Assembly: GCA_001275005.1 (NCBI GenBank)
Contig: JWZX01003158.1
Location: 1 to 61,938 of the forward strand
DNA from: Chrysochromulina tobinii
Taxonomy: Eukaryota
Direction of reading: 5' to 3'
Length of the DNA stretch: 61,938 nt
The notes beneath the pieces are model-generated. The model was not told where the DNA came from, searched no databases, and worked only from the letters and a program-made list of their open reading frames with translations. Position 1 is the stretch's first letter, and each line of letters begins with the position of its first letter. The position numbers and the translations under genes are program-made. This document shows positions 1 to 11,901 of the stretch, in pieces.

Positions 1-255
1 CCTCGACCGCTGCCATCTCGGCTGCCGCCTTCTCAGCCGCCGCCGCCTCGGCCGCCGCCTTTTCGACCGCCGCCTTCTCGGCCGCCGCCGCCACAGCCGC
101 CGCCGCCTCTGCTGCTGCCTTCTCGGCTGCCGCCTTCTCAGCCGCCGCCGCCTCGGCCACCGCCTTTTCGACCGCTGCCTTCTCGGCCGCCGCCGCCACA
201 GCCGCCGCCGCCTCTGCCGCTGCCTTCTCGACAGCCGCCGCCTCCTCAGCCGCCT
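1..255 (-). repeat. Coding low-complexity repeat (AAAEK/AAVEK-type units)
   Basis: Reiterated gccgccttctc/gccgcctcg units translating to AAAEKAAVEK on the minus strand. Confidence 0.8.
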
Positions 256-3200
256 TGGCCTTTGCCTCCGCCTCCGCCTGTGCGCGCCGCCTCGCGGCGT
301 CTACGCGCAGCGCTTCCGCCCGGGCGGCCTCAGCAACCCTGAGCGCCTCGGCTGCCTCGGCGGCCTTGAGCGCCTCCGTCCTGGCAGCCTCAGCGGCCTT
401 GCGCGCCTCTGCCTGTTCGCTCATCGCCTGCAACTGCTGCCGCTCGAGGAGCGTTGAGCGGCGCACTGCTGCCGCATGGAGAGCCGCCGCCTGCCGCTTC
501 TCCTCTTCCGCCTTAGCAAGCGTATCCGCTGCAAAGTGACGCGGCTTCTCACACCGCTCGGCGCGCCGCTGGCGCACGTTTGTCTTGAGCACGAGCAGCA
601 CGAAGAGCCTCGAGGTGCGCCGCGCCGCACGCGGGAGCGCCGATGATGCGAGCAGCTGCGCGCGCGAGAAAGCTTCGGTGCGCGTGTGGCGCTCGTGTGC
701 GGTGCGATCGCGCGCTTGGCGCCTCTCGTTGACGTTGGCGCGCAGCATGGACCAGACCCAGAGGAGGCTCGGGCGGCGCGAATAGCTGCCCAGGCTGCGC
801 ATTAGCACCCGACGTGCCGCATGAGCCGCTGCAACCCGCGCCGCGTCCGCCTCACGTACCTGTTGTCGAGCCACGTACTCCTTGGCTTTCAGCCGATTGG
901 TCTCGTCGCGCAGGGCGGCCGTGAGCCGCGCTTGCTCGGCAAGCAAGCCACTTGTGAGCCGACGCTCGTCGAGCATCACGTGAGTGTGCTCCGCCTCGGC
1001 CGCCGCGAGCGCCGTCGCGAGCGCCTCCTCGCCGGAACGCACCAACCGGCGCAGCTCCGGCGCCGACGCCGTTGCGAGCGCCTCCTCGCTCGCTCGTGCG
1101 ATGGCATTGGCGCGGCTTGATGGTGCGGGCGCATTGTCGGCCGCACCATCGCCGAGGTGGCTCGGGCGGGCGGCGGCTATGCGACCGACTTCATCGTCAT
1201 CCGCATCCGCCCCCACGATGAAGTCGTCGCTGCCGCTGGCGACCGTATCGCCAGCCGCTTCATCGTAGTTGACCGCGTACGCGGGCGCATGGACCGTCGC
1301 TTCGTCGTAGTTGACCGCGTACGCGGGCGCAAGGACCGTCGCTTCGTCGTAGTTGACCGCGTACGCGGGCGCACTTGGGAGGGCCGATGGTGCGGTCGAT
1401 GTGGAGGCCGCTGGCGCGCGGGCCGAGGGTGGTGCGGAAGGAACGCTTGGGCCAGGAACTGCGATGCCCGGGAGCGCAATGGAAGGATACGCCATCTCGC
1501 GTTTCTTGTCTTTGGGCACCCGGGGGCGATGCATGCGACGATCGGCCTGCCCGACCGAGGGTGGTCCTGACGGCCCCCAGCGCGCCGACGGGGCCTGCAG
1601 CGCGCCAGCAGCGAGCATGGACGTCGCACCTGCACCAGCTTCGGGCGCTGGCGGCTTCGTTGGGCTGTGAAGGGCTGATGCGAGCGCCTTGGCCGCCTCG
1701 GCGGCGGACGAGGCGGCCGCAGCGGCCCCAACGGGCGTCATGTTGGGCACCATGGCAATGGCGCTAGCACCAGTCTCGAAGGGCCGAGTTGCTTCGAGGG
1801 GCGTGGCCGGGGGCGCTTCGTCAATTGCTTCGAGGGGCGTGGCCGGGGGCGCTTCGTCAATTGCTGCTCCAAGCAACGACTGGTCCGGGGGCGCTTCGTC
1901 AATTGCTTCGAGGGGCGTGGCCGGGGGCGCTTCGTCAATTGCTGCTCCAAGCAACGACTGGTCCGGGGGCGCGCGCTCAGGAGTCGATGGCTGCAGTGTG
2001 GCTGGCGACGTGGCGAGACGTGCCAGCGCCGCTGCCTCCGCCTCACGCGCGCGCTTTGCCTCCGCCTCGGCGTCCACCAGACGCGCCTCGAGCTTCGCGA
2101 TGGACGCGGCCGCCTCCGCCTGCATGGTCGTGACGGCCTCGGCCACCGCGGCGGCAACGGCAGCACGGAAGGCGGGCGTCGGCGTCGGCGTCGGCGAGGT
2201 TCCCCGCGAGGCATGATCAGAGGTGGCCACGGCCTCGGTCACCGCGGCGGCAACGGCAGCACGGAAGGCGGGCAGCGGCGTCGGCTGCGGCGAGGCTCCG
2301 GTGCCGACGGGTGACGGGCGGGTGGATACGTCGAGGGCGGCAAGGAAAGCGCCGGCTGCGTCGGCTTCCACTTCTGCTCGGAGTGCCGCCGCATCGGCCA
2401 CCAGCTCGGCCATCTCGGCTGACGGCGCGTCAGCTGACGGCACGTCGGCTGACGGCGCCGCGGCGGCTGGCGCCTCGACCTTAGGGGCCTTTTTAGCCTT
2501 CGGCGGCAACTTATACGCCCGTGGCACCTCGGCCACCGAATCCACCGTGGCCGCCGGCGCCGTCGCCTTCTCGCCTGCGCCGAAAAAGCGTTGGGAGAAC
2601 TGGATGGCGGCGTCGAACAGGAAAGGCAGCGGCGACGACGGCATTGGCGACGGCGGCGGGGGCTCAGCCACTTTCGCGTCCGCTGGCTCTTCGGCCTCTT
2701 CTTCGTCTTCAACGTCTGCCTCATCTGCCTCTTCGGCCTCTTCCACGTCTGCCCCATCTGCCCCGTCTGCCTCATCTGCCTCATCTGCCCCATCTGCCCC
2801 GTCTGCTTCATCTGCCTCATCTGCCTCTTCGGCCTTTGCCTCCGTGGCTGGCTCTGCTGGCTCTGCTAGCTCTGCAGGCTCTGCAGGCTCTGCAGGCGCT
2901 GCAGGCTCTGCAGGCGCTGCAGGCTCTGCTGGCTCTGCTGGCTCTGCTGGCTCTGCAAGCTCTGCAGGCTCTGCTGGCTCTGCAGGCTCTGCTGGCTCTG
3001 CAGGCTCTGCTAGCTCTGCAGGCTCTGCAGGCTCTGCTGGCTCTGCTGGCTCTGCCGCCTCGTTCAGCACGATGGGCGACTGCGGCTCTGCGCTCTCGAA
3101 CTCGCAGTGCACGGTGAGGACAGGCACCCCGATAGCTTTGCTGAGCTCTTCGGTGCTTGCGGCTTGCACGGCGCGCAGGAACGAAGCTGCTGAGAGCGGT

Positions 3201-6200
3201 TCATCTGCCGAGTGCATGACGGCCACCTCGAGGATCACCGAGCCCGCACGGCGCGAGAGCACCACGAGCTGCGATGGGTGCACGCCACCGTGGGCGGCCA
3301 GCCGGGCCAGTACCGTTTCCTCTGCCTGCGGGCTGAACTTGCCCAGCTGCCCCTCGAGCTTGAGTCTGAGAGTGCCAGCCTTCACGGTGGCCGTCAGTTC
3401 GGCCACCGGCGACTCGGGCTGCGCTGCATTCACAAGCACCAGCGATGGGGCCTCTGACGGCTGCCCCGGCTGCGCTGGAAGGGGGGCTGGTTGGGTGGCA
3501 GAAGGGGCGGGCGCCTTGGCGGCCGCACGTGCCTCCCACGCCTCCGCCTTGGCTGCCGCCTCCTCGGCTGCCGCCTTGGCCACCCTCGCAGCTTCGTCAG
3601 CCAAGCGCTGCTGTCTTAGCATGGCCACCTCGCTCAATCGCTGCTCACGAAGCTCCGCCACTTTGGCGCTGTTCACCGCCGCGGGCGGTGTGTACCCCTG
3701 TTTCGTGGCACGAACAGGTTTGATGGCTTCGACGGGTTCCGCGGCAACGATGGCGACACGAGCCGCATGGATCGCCACCGAACGCGTCGGCGAGGAGCGC
3801 GGGTTCTCAGGTTTGGCGAGCGTGGCGACAGCTGAACTGTCTGCGACGGCCTGCATGTAGCGTGATGCGATGGCTGGCGAGGAGCGGGAGGCGCCCAGAC
3901 GAGGGCGCTCATCCCCATCGCGTCTCTCTGGGCTCATTGGCGACGTGACGTTCGCATCGGGTGAGGTGATCGGGCGAGATCGGGCGAGATCGGGCGAGGT
4001 GACATTTGTCGAGCTCGCGGCGACCGCCTGCATGTACCGCGAAGTGATGGCCGCCCGGCGGTCTGCCTCCGCTTGCCCTGGCGTCGTGTCGGGCGTCGTC
4101 GGCTCACCGGGCGCCTTTGCTGGGGACTCGTGCACCGCCTGACCCGCCAACTTGGCCGCTTGGCGTGCCATCTCCGACTGGCCCGCCCGTTCCACCGCCG
4201 CTCGCGCGCGCTTCTGCTCCCGTGCCAGAGCGCGCGCCGCGGCGTCAGCGCGCACTTTGTCGGCGAGGGCAGCGGCCTCATCGTCACCCAACGCCGCATC
4301 AGCCTGCGCGCCGCCCGCGGGGCTCTGCACGGCATCGGCCGAGTCGGCTGCGAGCCAGCTCGCGAGCGTGACAGCCGGCGCCGGGGCCGGCGCGCGCAGT
4401 GCGAAGCGTACCCAGAGCTGCCAGAGGTGATAGATCTGTGCGCGCTCGAGGGCGCGCACGAGCATCGTACCTACGAGCGCCTGGCCGCGCCGGAGAAGGA
4501 ATGCAGCCTTGCGCTCGGCGAGGTCGAGCTTGGCCGCAGGCTTGCGCATCTGCTGCGACGTGAGCCGTGCCACCTCGGCCTCAAGCTTCTTTTCGCGCTC
4601 GGCCGCCGCCTCGACCTGGCGCGTGAGAGCGGCCATGCCTTCGGTGAGCTTGGGTGGCGGCGGCTTCGGCCCACGCACGCGCTCGAGGGTCGCTTCGGTG
4701 GCCGCTCGTTCGGCCGCCGCGTGCTCGTGCACCTCGAGCTGCGCACGGAGCGCCGCCTCCTGCCCCCTCGCGCCCGCAAGCGCGAGGCGCATCCTATCGA
4801 GCTCGGAGCGGAGCGAAGCACCCTGCTCACGCTCGGCGAGCAGCACCGCTGCGTCGATGGCCTCCGTTGGCGGCTCCGCAGCCTGGCCCACACGTGCAGC
4901 CTCGCGCTTCTCGTCCGTCACGCCCGCGCCGGAGGAGGAGGGCCGTGCAGCCTCGAGCTGCTCGTCCGCGTCACGCCGAGCTCGCTCGGCACGGCGCAGC
5001 TGCTCGCGCACCTTCTCGAGGTCGTCCTGGAGCGTCTGTACCTGCTCCTCCAGAGCTGCCTCGCGCAGCTGCGCAGCATGTCGCTCCATCGTATGCTCGA
5101 TGAGCTTCTCACTCAGACGCTCCTCGACCAGCCGCTCAAGCTCAAGCTCGAGGGCGCGCTCCGTCTCGGCATCCGCCTCCGACTGCGCCAGGTCCGCCCC
5201 TGGGTCCGCCTCTGGGTCCGCCTCCACGCCCGCCTCCTCGTACGCAACCGCCTCCGCCACCGCCTCCGCCACCGCCTCCTGCGCTTCCTCCGCCGGCGCA
5301 GACTCCTCATGCGATCGCTTCGGCACGGCTTCCAGCAGGGAGGCGTCCGCCATTGAGCCCGAGGCGGCCGCGCCGATGGCGGCGTCGAGGCGAGCGATCT
5401 CCTCTTGCTGCTGCGCCAGACGCTCTCGCCACGCGTCCTCGCTCGCCGGTAGACCCTCACCACCGAGTGGCACGCCACCGAGTGGTACGGCCTCCGCGGC
5501 AGGCATCGGCAGTGTGGCGAGGGTGGTGCCCGTGGCCACGTCCCGAAGCAGGACGCGCGCGGGCTCCGTGGCGGCGTCTTGGTGTTGAACTTCGCTCGGC
5601 TGGGGGTCAGTGGACGCATCCATCTGGGGCACAGTGCCACCGAGCGTCCTGGCCGTCTTCGCGGCCGCCTCCGCACGCGCCTCCGCCACCATCGCGCGCT
5701 CCTCGGCTCGCTGCACGCGCTCCTCGAGCTGAGCACGTGCCTGAAGCTCAGATTGGATCTCGGCGAGCGAGATTGGATCCGAGCCCAAGTCCCGGAGCCG
5801 TTCGGTCTCGACACGGCGCTCGACACGGCGCTCAGCGGCCTCGGCCTCATCGCGCCGTGCCGAGCGGTCCGAAGCGAGCGCCCCCTGCTGCGCGACCAGC
5901 GCGCCATTCTCCTCTTGCAGGCTCTCATGCGCCAGCACCAGTGCGGTGAACTTGGTCGCGAGGGACGTGTACTTGGCAATCTGCGCCTGATGCTTGCTGC
6001 TCAGCTCGTCGTGCAGGACGGCCAGCTCCTCGTGCGCGGTGCGCAGCGTCGCATGCTCGCCGCTCAGGCTCGCGTGGCTCGCGCGCAGCGTGGCCAACTC
6101 CTCCGTTGCGGCCGCCACGAGCACCTGCGCGCGCGGCTGTGCCTCACTCACACTCGCCAGGTGGCTCGCCGCCGCCGCCAGCTTCGCGTTGAGCTCTGCC

Positions 6201-9200
6201 TCCGCCTCCGCCGCCGCATCCTCCGCCTCGGCCAACTGACGGACATGCTCGCTCGCCATCTCGGGCTCGATCTGGCGCAGCTCGGCGAGCTTTGCCATGA
6301 GCTGCTGCTTCGCATGCCCGACACCCACCTGCAGCTCCGCCTCGTTCGCCGCCTGGGCGCGTAGCGTGAGAAGCTCCTCGCGCAGCGCGCGGCTCGCGTC
6401 GCGCTCGGCCTCCAGAGCCTTGAGGGCCGCGGCGAGCTCCTGCTTCGAGAGCACGAGCTGTTCGTGGGAGCGGCGTGCTACCGCCGTCGCACGCGAGGCC
6501 TCCTCGACGAGCACGCGCCGCTCCTCCGCACTCCCCTCGTCCGCGGCGTCGCCTCCGTGCAGCTTTGCGAGCAGCCGCGACTCTTCCGCGTCGGCCCGGC
6601 GTAACCGCTCCTCGTAACCGTCGGCCCGGCGTAACCGCTCCTCGTAACCGTCGGCCCGGCGTAACCGCTCCTCGAGCGCGCTCGCATGCGTGCGCGTGAT
6701 CCGCTCGATGCGTTCCTCGAGCGCCGCGCCCCCCGGCGCAACCAAGCCCTCTGGAGCAGCTTCGCTCGTCGGCGCCGCCTCGGCGAGCGGTGCGGCCGGT
6801 GCTGCGGCGGGTGCTGCGGCGGGTGCTGTGGCGGGCGCGGCTGAGGGCGCGCCCACGGCCCTGGCTGCAAGCTTCGCCCGAAGCTGCGCCTCAAGTCTCG
6901 TCACTTCCTCGAGCTGGGCCGCCGCCTCGGCCTGAGCGCACTCCAGAGCCGCGCGCTGGTCGGCCGCCGTGCCGCGCTCGTCGGCGCGCTCCCTGAGGAG
7001 CCTGTCGAGCTCGCGCTGCAGATACGCCTCGCGCTCCGTCGGGAGGGTGCGGGCCGCTGCCCTGTCCGCGATGGCCGCGGCCTGGTTGCTCGAGGCCGGC
7101 GTCTTCGCCTGCGCCGCCGACACGGCCTCGACCGCCATGGCCTCGGCCTGCGCCTGTGCCGCCTGTGCCGCCTGCGTCGCCTGCGCCGTCGCACGCAACG
7201 CCTCCGCCTCGGCCTGCCTCGCGCGGCGCAACTCGTCCGTTGCTCGGTGCGCCTCCTCCCTGGCGGCGGCCACCTCGGCCGCCGCAGCCGCCCGGACTGC
7301 CTCCACCTCGGCCGCCGCGGCCGCTCGAGCATCGGCCACCTCCTGGGCCGCCTCCTGCGCCGCCTCTATATTGGCCAGCTGCGCTGCATCGGCCGCCTCC
7401 TGTGCCGCCTGTGCCGCCGCCTGCCATGCACCTGCCGCCTCGGCGTGCGCCTCAGCCGCCTCTGCGCGCGCCTCAGCCGCCGCCACGTCGAGCCGGAGCG
7501 CTGCCGCCTGCTGCGCCGCCTCATGCGCGCGCGCCGCTTGGGCCGCTTGCGCCGCCTCCGCCGCGCGAGCCGCCAGGGTCGCCTGTGCCGCCGCACGAAA
7601 CGCCGCGATCTGTGCCGCCTGCGCGGCCTCCGCCTCGGCCTGCGCCCGCAGCGCCTCCGCCCGCGCCACTTCCGCCTGTGCCGCCTGCTCGACCTGAGCT
7701 TCCTCCGCCGCCTCGGCCGCTTCGGTCGCCTTTGCCGCAGCCTTCGCCGCCTGTTCCGCGGAGAGGGCGGCAGCCTCGGCCTCGGCGGCCCTCGCCGCCG
7801 CGGCGTCCGCCCCCTCTTTCGCCCTCGCCGCCGTGCCCACTACCTCAGCTTCCAATTCGGAGAGGGCCGCCGTCATCGCGCGCGCTGCGGCCTCTGCCTG
7901 CGCCACCGCCCTCGCATGGGACTGCGCCTGCGCCTTCGCGGCCTCGACGGCGACCGCACTTGCCGCCTGCGCCGCGCTCGCCGCCGCCTGCTGCACTGCC
8001 TCCTCGCTCCGCCGCTCCCGCTCTTCGAGACGAAAGGCGAGCTCCGCCTGGGCTGTGCGCGCCACGTGCGCTGCGCGCGCTGAGCCTTGCAGCTCGCTCA
8101 CCGAGCCTTTTAGCCGCTCGAGACGCGCGTGCAGCGCGTGCGAGTGCAACGCGTGCAAGCAGCGCCGAAGCAGATCATCCTCCTCTGTGCGTACCGTCAA
8201 GTCACCCAACGCGTCTGCCATCTGCTCCCAGCGCACCTCCCAGCGGCGCGTCACACTCTCTTGTTGCTCTCGCAGCTCGACGGTGCGGCGCACCACCGCG
8301 CGCCGCATGGCCTCGACGGTTGTACTGAGCTCCTCGATGCGCCCTCGCGCCGCGAGCAGCTCGGCCTTTGGCACGAGCGCCGCCGAGGCGCCTTCCGCGG
8401 CAGGCGCGGCAGGCGCGGCGGGTGCGGCGGGTGCGGCGGGCGCAGCGCGCGCTACCCTGCTCGGTACCCTGCTCTGTGGCTCGTCCTCGAGCGCGAGCTC
8501 AATCTCAGCCAACCTCGCCTCGGTGATCGCGTCGCGAGTGTCCTGCCGGGCGCCTCGCTCATCGGAGAGGCGCGCCACGCGCTCCTCGAGGTACACACGC
8601 CGCTGCCGTTCGGTGGCGAGTTCGGATGCGAGAACCGACTCCGCATCGGCGATGCTCTGCCGATGCTCGCGCAGCCTCGCGTCCGCCGCACGCGCAACCT
8701 TGACAGCCTCGGCCGACACGAGCTCAGCCTCCCTCTGACTTGACTCGGCTTGCTCATTCCACACCTCCTCGCGCGCCAGCAGCTCGTCGCGCTCGTCGGC
8801 CATCGCAGCCTCGGCCTCTTCGGCCGCCAACGCCCTCGCCTCGGCCGCCTGGGCGCGCGCCTAGGCGATCTGGATCGCCGCCTCGAGCTCGCGCAGCCGA
8901 AGCTGGTCGGCCGCGGCCAAGCCCTGCTCGGTGAAGGCGAAGCGCACCTCCATCTCGTGGACGACTCTCAAAGACTCTGACGCAATGCCACGATGCTCCG
9001 CGAGCTGTGAATGGAGCTCAGCCACCTCGCTCGCGTGCGCCTCCATGACTGACGCGAGCCGCGCTTGCTGCGCCTGTAGCGCGGCCGCCGCCTCCGCCTC
9101 GAGCAGCACCAGCTGCTCCGTGTGCTCGCGATCACGCTCGGAAAGCGAGGCCTGCAGCTCGAGCTTCTGCAACGCGGCCATCCGACCCGCGACCGCGTCC

Positions 9201-11770
9201 GCCTCCGAGCGCAAGCGGGCCGTGTCGGCGGGCGAGGCTGGGGCCCGTACGGGCGAGGCCGCGTCGAACACGTCGCGCTGCTCGGCCACGACGGCTGCTG
9301 CGGCCGCCGCGGCGGCATAGCTCGACTGCGCACGGCTCTCGGCCCTCGCCATCGCCTCGAGGGCGAGGGCATTGGCTGCCTCCGCCTCGGTCTGGGCCAG
9401 GGTGACCTGATGGCGCGATATCGCGGCGCCCGCGCGCATGCCCTCGTTCATGCTGGCCATCGCGCGCTCGTAGGCCACGCGCTGCTCGTCCAGCTGCTTC
9501 CGCTCTCGCACGCGAGCCTCCTCCGCGCTCGAGATGACGCGCGCCACCTGCTGCGACGCGGCACTCGCGCCCTCACGCATGCCCTCCCGCATGCTCGCGA
9601 ACGCCCGCTCGTACGCGACGCGCTGCTCGGTCAGCTGCGCCTGCGTCTGCGCGACGAGTGCCTCGCGTGCCGCCATGGCGCGCGCGCGCTCCTGGGCATG
9701 TGCATGCGCCGACGTCTCGGCGAGTTGGGTGAGCGCTGCCTCGTGGGAGGCGACGGAGTGCTGAGCTTGCATGAGCGCTTGCTCCGTGCGGCGCAGCGCC
9801 GATTCAAAGACGCCGAGCTCCAAGCGCAGCACGTTCGCCTCGGCGCGCTCCCGAGCCTCACGCTCCTCGCTCTCGTGCACGCGCGCCTCGGCGCGAAGCA
9901 GCCGCGCCTCGGTCTGCTGTTGACGAACCTCAGCCGCATGCAACCGCGCCTCGGTCTGCTGTTGACGAACCTCGGCCGCATGCAACGACACCTCGAGGGC
10001 GAGAGCGCGTCGCTCTGTGTCGGCTGTGTCGGCTGCGAGCGCCGTCGAGAGCGCCGTCGCGGACTCGAGGAGCCTCGCGGGAGCGTCGGCACTGGCGGGC
10101 ACAGTGGAGCGCAGCGAGAGCGCCGAGCTGAGCGGCTGCCCTTCGCCTCTGCCCAGATTCAGACGCGGCGGCAGCCCGGGCGACGCCGCTGCCGCCCATA
10201 CCACACGCTCCCTCAGCTCGTCTCGTGCAGTGGTGGCGAATGAAGAGGCAGCCGGCGAGCCCATCTCGGGCTGGCCGCTGAGCATCGCGTACGGCAGTGC
10301 GAAGGAGAGGGCGCGTGCCGCAATCTCCGCCGTGATCTCGATGGAGGCGAGCTCGGCGGAGAGCGTGGCCGCTGCGACCATCCCGGCGTGCTGCTCCTCG
10401 AGCACGAGCTCCGAAGTGGCCGCGTGCCCGGACGCCTGCCCGAGCGCGACCGCAAGCGCCGCCTCGCGCTGCGCCACCGCCGCGGCCGTGTGTGCGACGC
10501 TCGACGCGACGAGCGTGCGCTGCTCCTCGAGCTGAGCGCTCAGCTGCTCGTGGCTCGCCTTGTACTCCCTAATTAGGGAGGAGAGGCGCTCGATCTCGGA
10601 GGTCGAGCTCTCGAGACTCTGCAGGAGCTCCGGGCGCGACGCATCCCGACTCCGCAGCTGCTCCACTTCCTCGAGCAGTCGCTCGATTTGGCGATCCGCC
10701 GTCGCCTTGGCCGCGTCGGCCGCCTGCTGACCCACCGAGGCCGCGGTGAGAGCTGCCGACGCCGTCGCCTCCGCGGCGAGGAGCCGCTCGGTGAGGGCGG
10801 CGCGATCCTCCTGCACGGCACGCTCCTCCTGCTCGAACCGCTCGCGCATCTGGCGCACTGCCCTCTCCTGGCTCACCCACATCTTGAAGGCGCCGAAGCA
10901 CTGGCCGACGAGCCGACGGTACTGGGCGCGTGGCACGAGCATGGCAGCGGCTTGCTGCGCCCTCTGCGCGCGCCGCCACGTGCGGCGCGTGGCGGCCTCG
11001 TGCTCTGTGCGCAGCTCCTCGAGCTGCAGCTGGTGCTCCATGCGCATCTCCTTGAGCGTCCGATCGCGCGTCGCCTCCACTTCAAGCGCCATCGCCTCAG
11101 TCCGCTTCGCGAGGATCTGCTGAAGCTCACCCACGCGCGCCACGAGCGACTCGGAGCGCAGGCTGCGCTCCTCGAGCTCGTAGCCGCCCGCGCGCAGCTG
11201 CGACTCGAGCAGCTCCATCTGCCGCCGCTCCTTTCGCATGTGCTCCGCCAGTTGGTCGCGCTCGGCGCAGAAGCCCGCCGCGATCACCTTGAGTGCGGCA
11301 CTCACCCACCGCTGGAAGAGCCGCTCGAGGCGGGAGCGCTCGTTGCCATTCCAGAGCATGATCATGATTGCGCCGCGTGCCTTGCGCATCCCCTGCTGGC
11401 ACGCGTGAAGCGCTTGCTTCGCCTGCTGCTGCTCCTCGCGCAGCCCATGGATGAGCTCCTGCATGTCTGCGACCGAACGCGAGCGCCGGTCGGGCGCACC
11501 ACCGGTCGTCGAGGGCCGCTGCTCGTCGCGCATGCTCTGCACGGCGCGGCGCATCTCCTGCTCTGCGAGCTCCACCTTGAGCGTCGAGTCCTCCATCTGC
11601 GCCTTGACGGCCTCCAGGCGCGCTCGCCACGATGGAGAGTCGACCGATTTCATCCTCTGGTCGGCGACCTCCTGATCCTTGCGCACGCGCTCGCGCAGCT
11701 CCTCTCGCCAGGCTGCGCCCGGCTTGGCGATTGCCGACGTTGCCTTCGGAGGTCGGGCTGTGCTCGCCAT
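1..11770 (-). CDS. Giant Ala/Glu-rich coiled-coil protein, 3'-incomplete (runs off window), with a single in-frame TAG at 8861-8863
   Basis: ORF 8861..11836 (ATG at 11770, MASTARPP) ends IQIA*, but the same frame continues ARAQAAEARALAAEEAEAAM. Spot checks at about 6600, 800 and 1-20 are in this frame and give E/A/R/K-rich heptad-like sequence. The ORF track lists no stop-terminated ORF in this frame between 1 and 8860, consistent with it being open to the window edge. Confidence 0.8.
1257..1373 (-). repeat. 42-bp coding tandem repeat, about 2.8 copies (APAYAVNYDEATV[L/H])
   Basis: tcgtagttgaccgcgtacgcgggcgca starts at 1263, 1305 and 1347. Confidence 0.9.
1789..1972 (-). repeat. Coding tandem repeats (IDEAPPATPLEA / IDEAPPDQSLLGAA units)
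   Basis: Repeated gggggcgcttcgtcaattgct units with two alternating spacers. Confidence 0.85.
2690..3057 (-). repeat. Coding (AEP)n tract followed by acidic (DEA/DGA)n tract
   Basis: 9-bp ggctctgc[a/t] units at about 2850-3057 and catctgcc[t/c] units at about 2720-2830. Confidence 0.85.
6589..6674 (-). repeat. 30-bp coding tandem repeat, about 3 copies (EERLRRADGY)
   Basis: cgtcggcccggcgtaaccgctcctcgtaac repeated with period 30. Confidence 0.9.
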
Positions 11771-11901
11771 TGATGGGTGGTCGTCTGTGGCTTGATCGCA
11801 GCCGGTGGCCGGCCGAGCAATAGAGCAATAGAGCAACTTCGAGCAGAGGGGGTTCTTAAACGCTGTGAACGAAGGTAGAAAGTGTGAATATACAATTCCG
11901 C

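Noticed and set aside
8861..8863. Alternative genetic code (TAG reassigned)
   Set aside because: Other genes here appear to end at TAG (e.g. 58889-58891, 61675-61677), and only one in-frame TAG was seen.
255..11773. Many long plus-strand ORFs (e.g. 2223..3860, 4073..5356, 7156..8328, 9122..10243)
   Set aside because: They are antisense shadows of the GC-rich, repetitive minus-strand coiled-coil gene and show no recognisable motifs.
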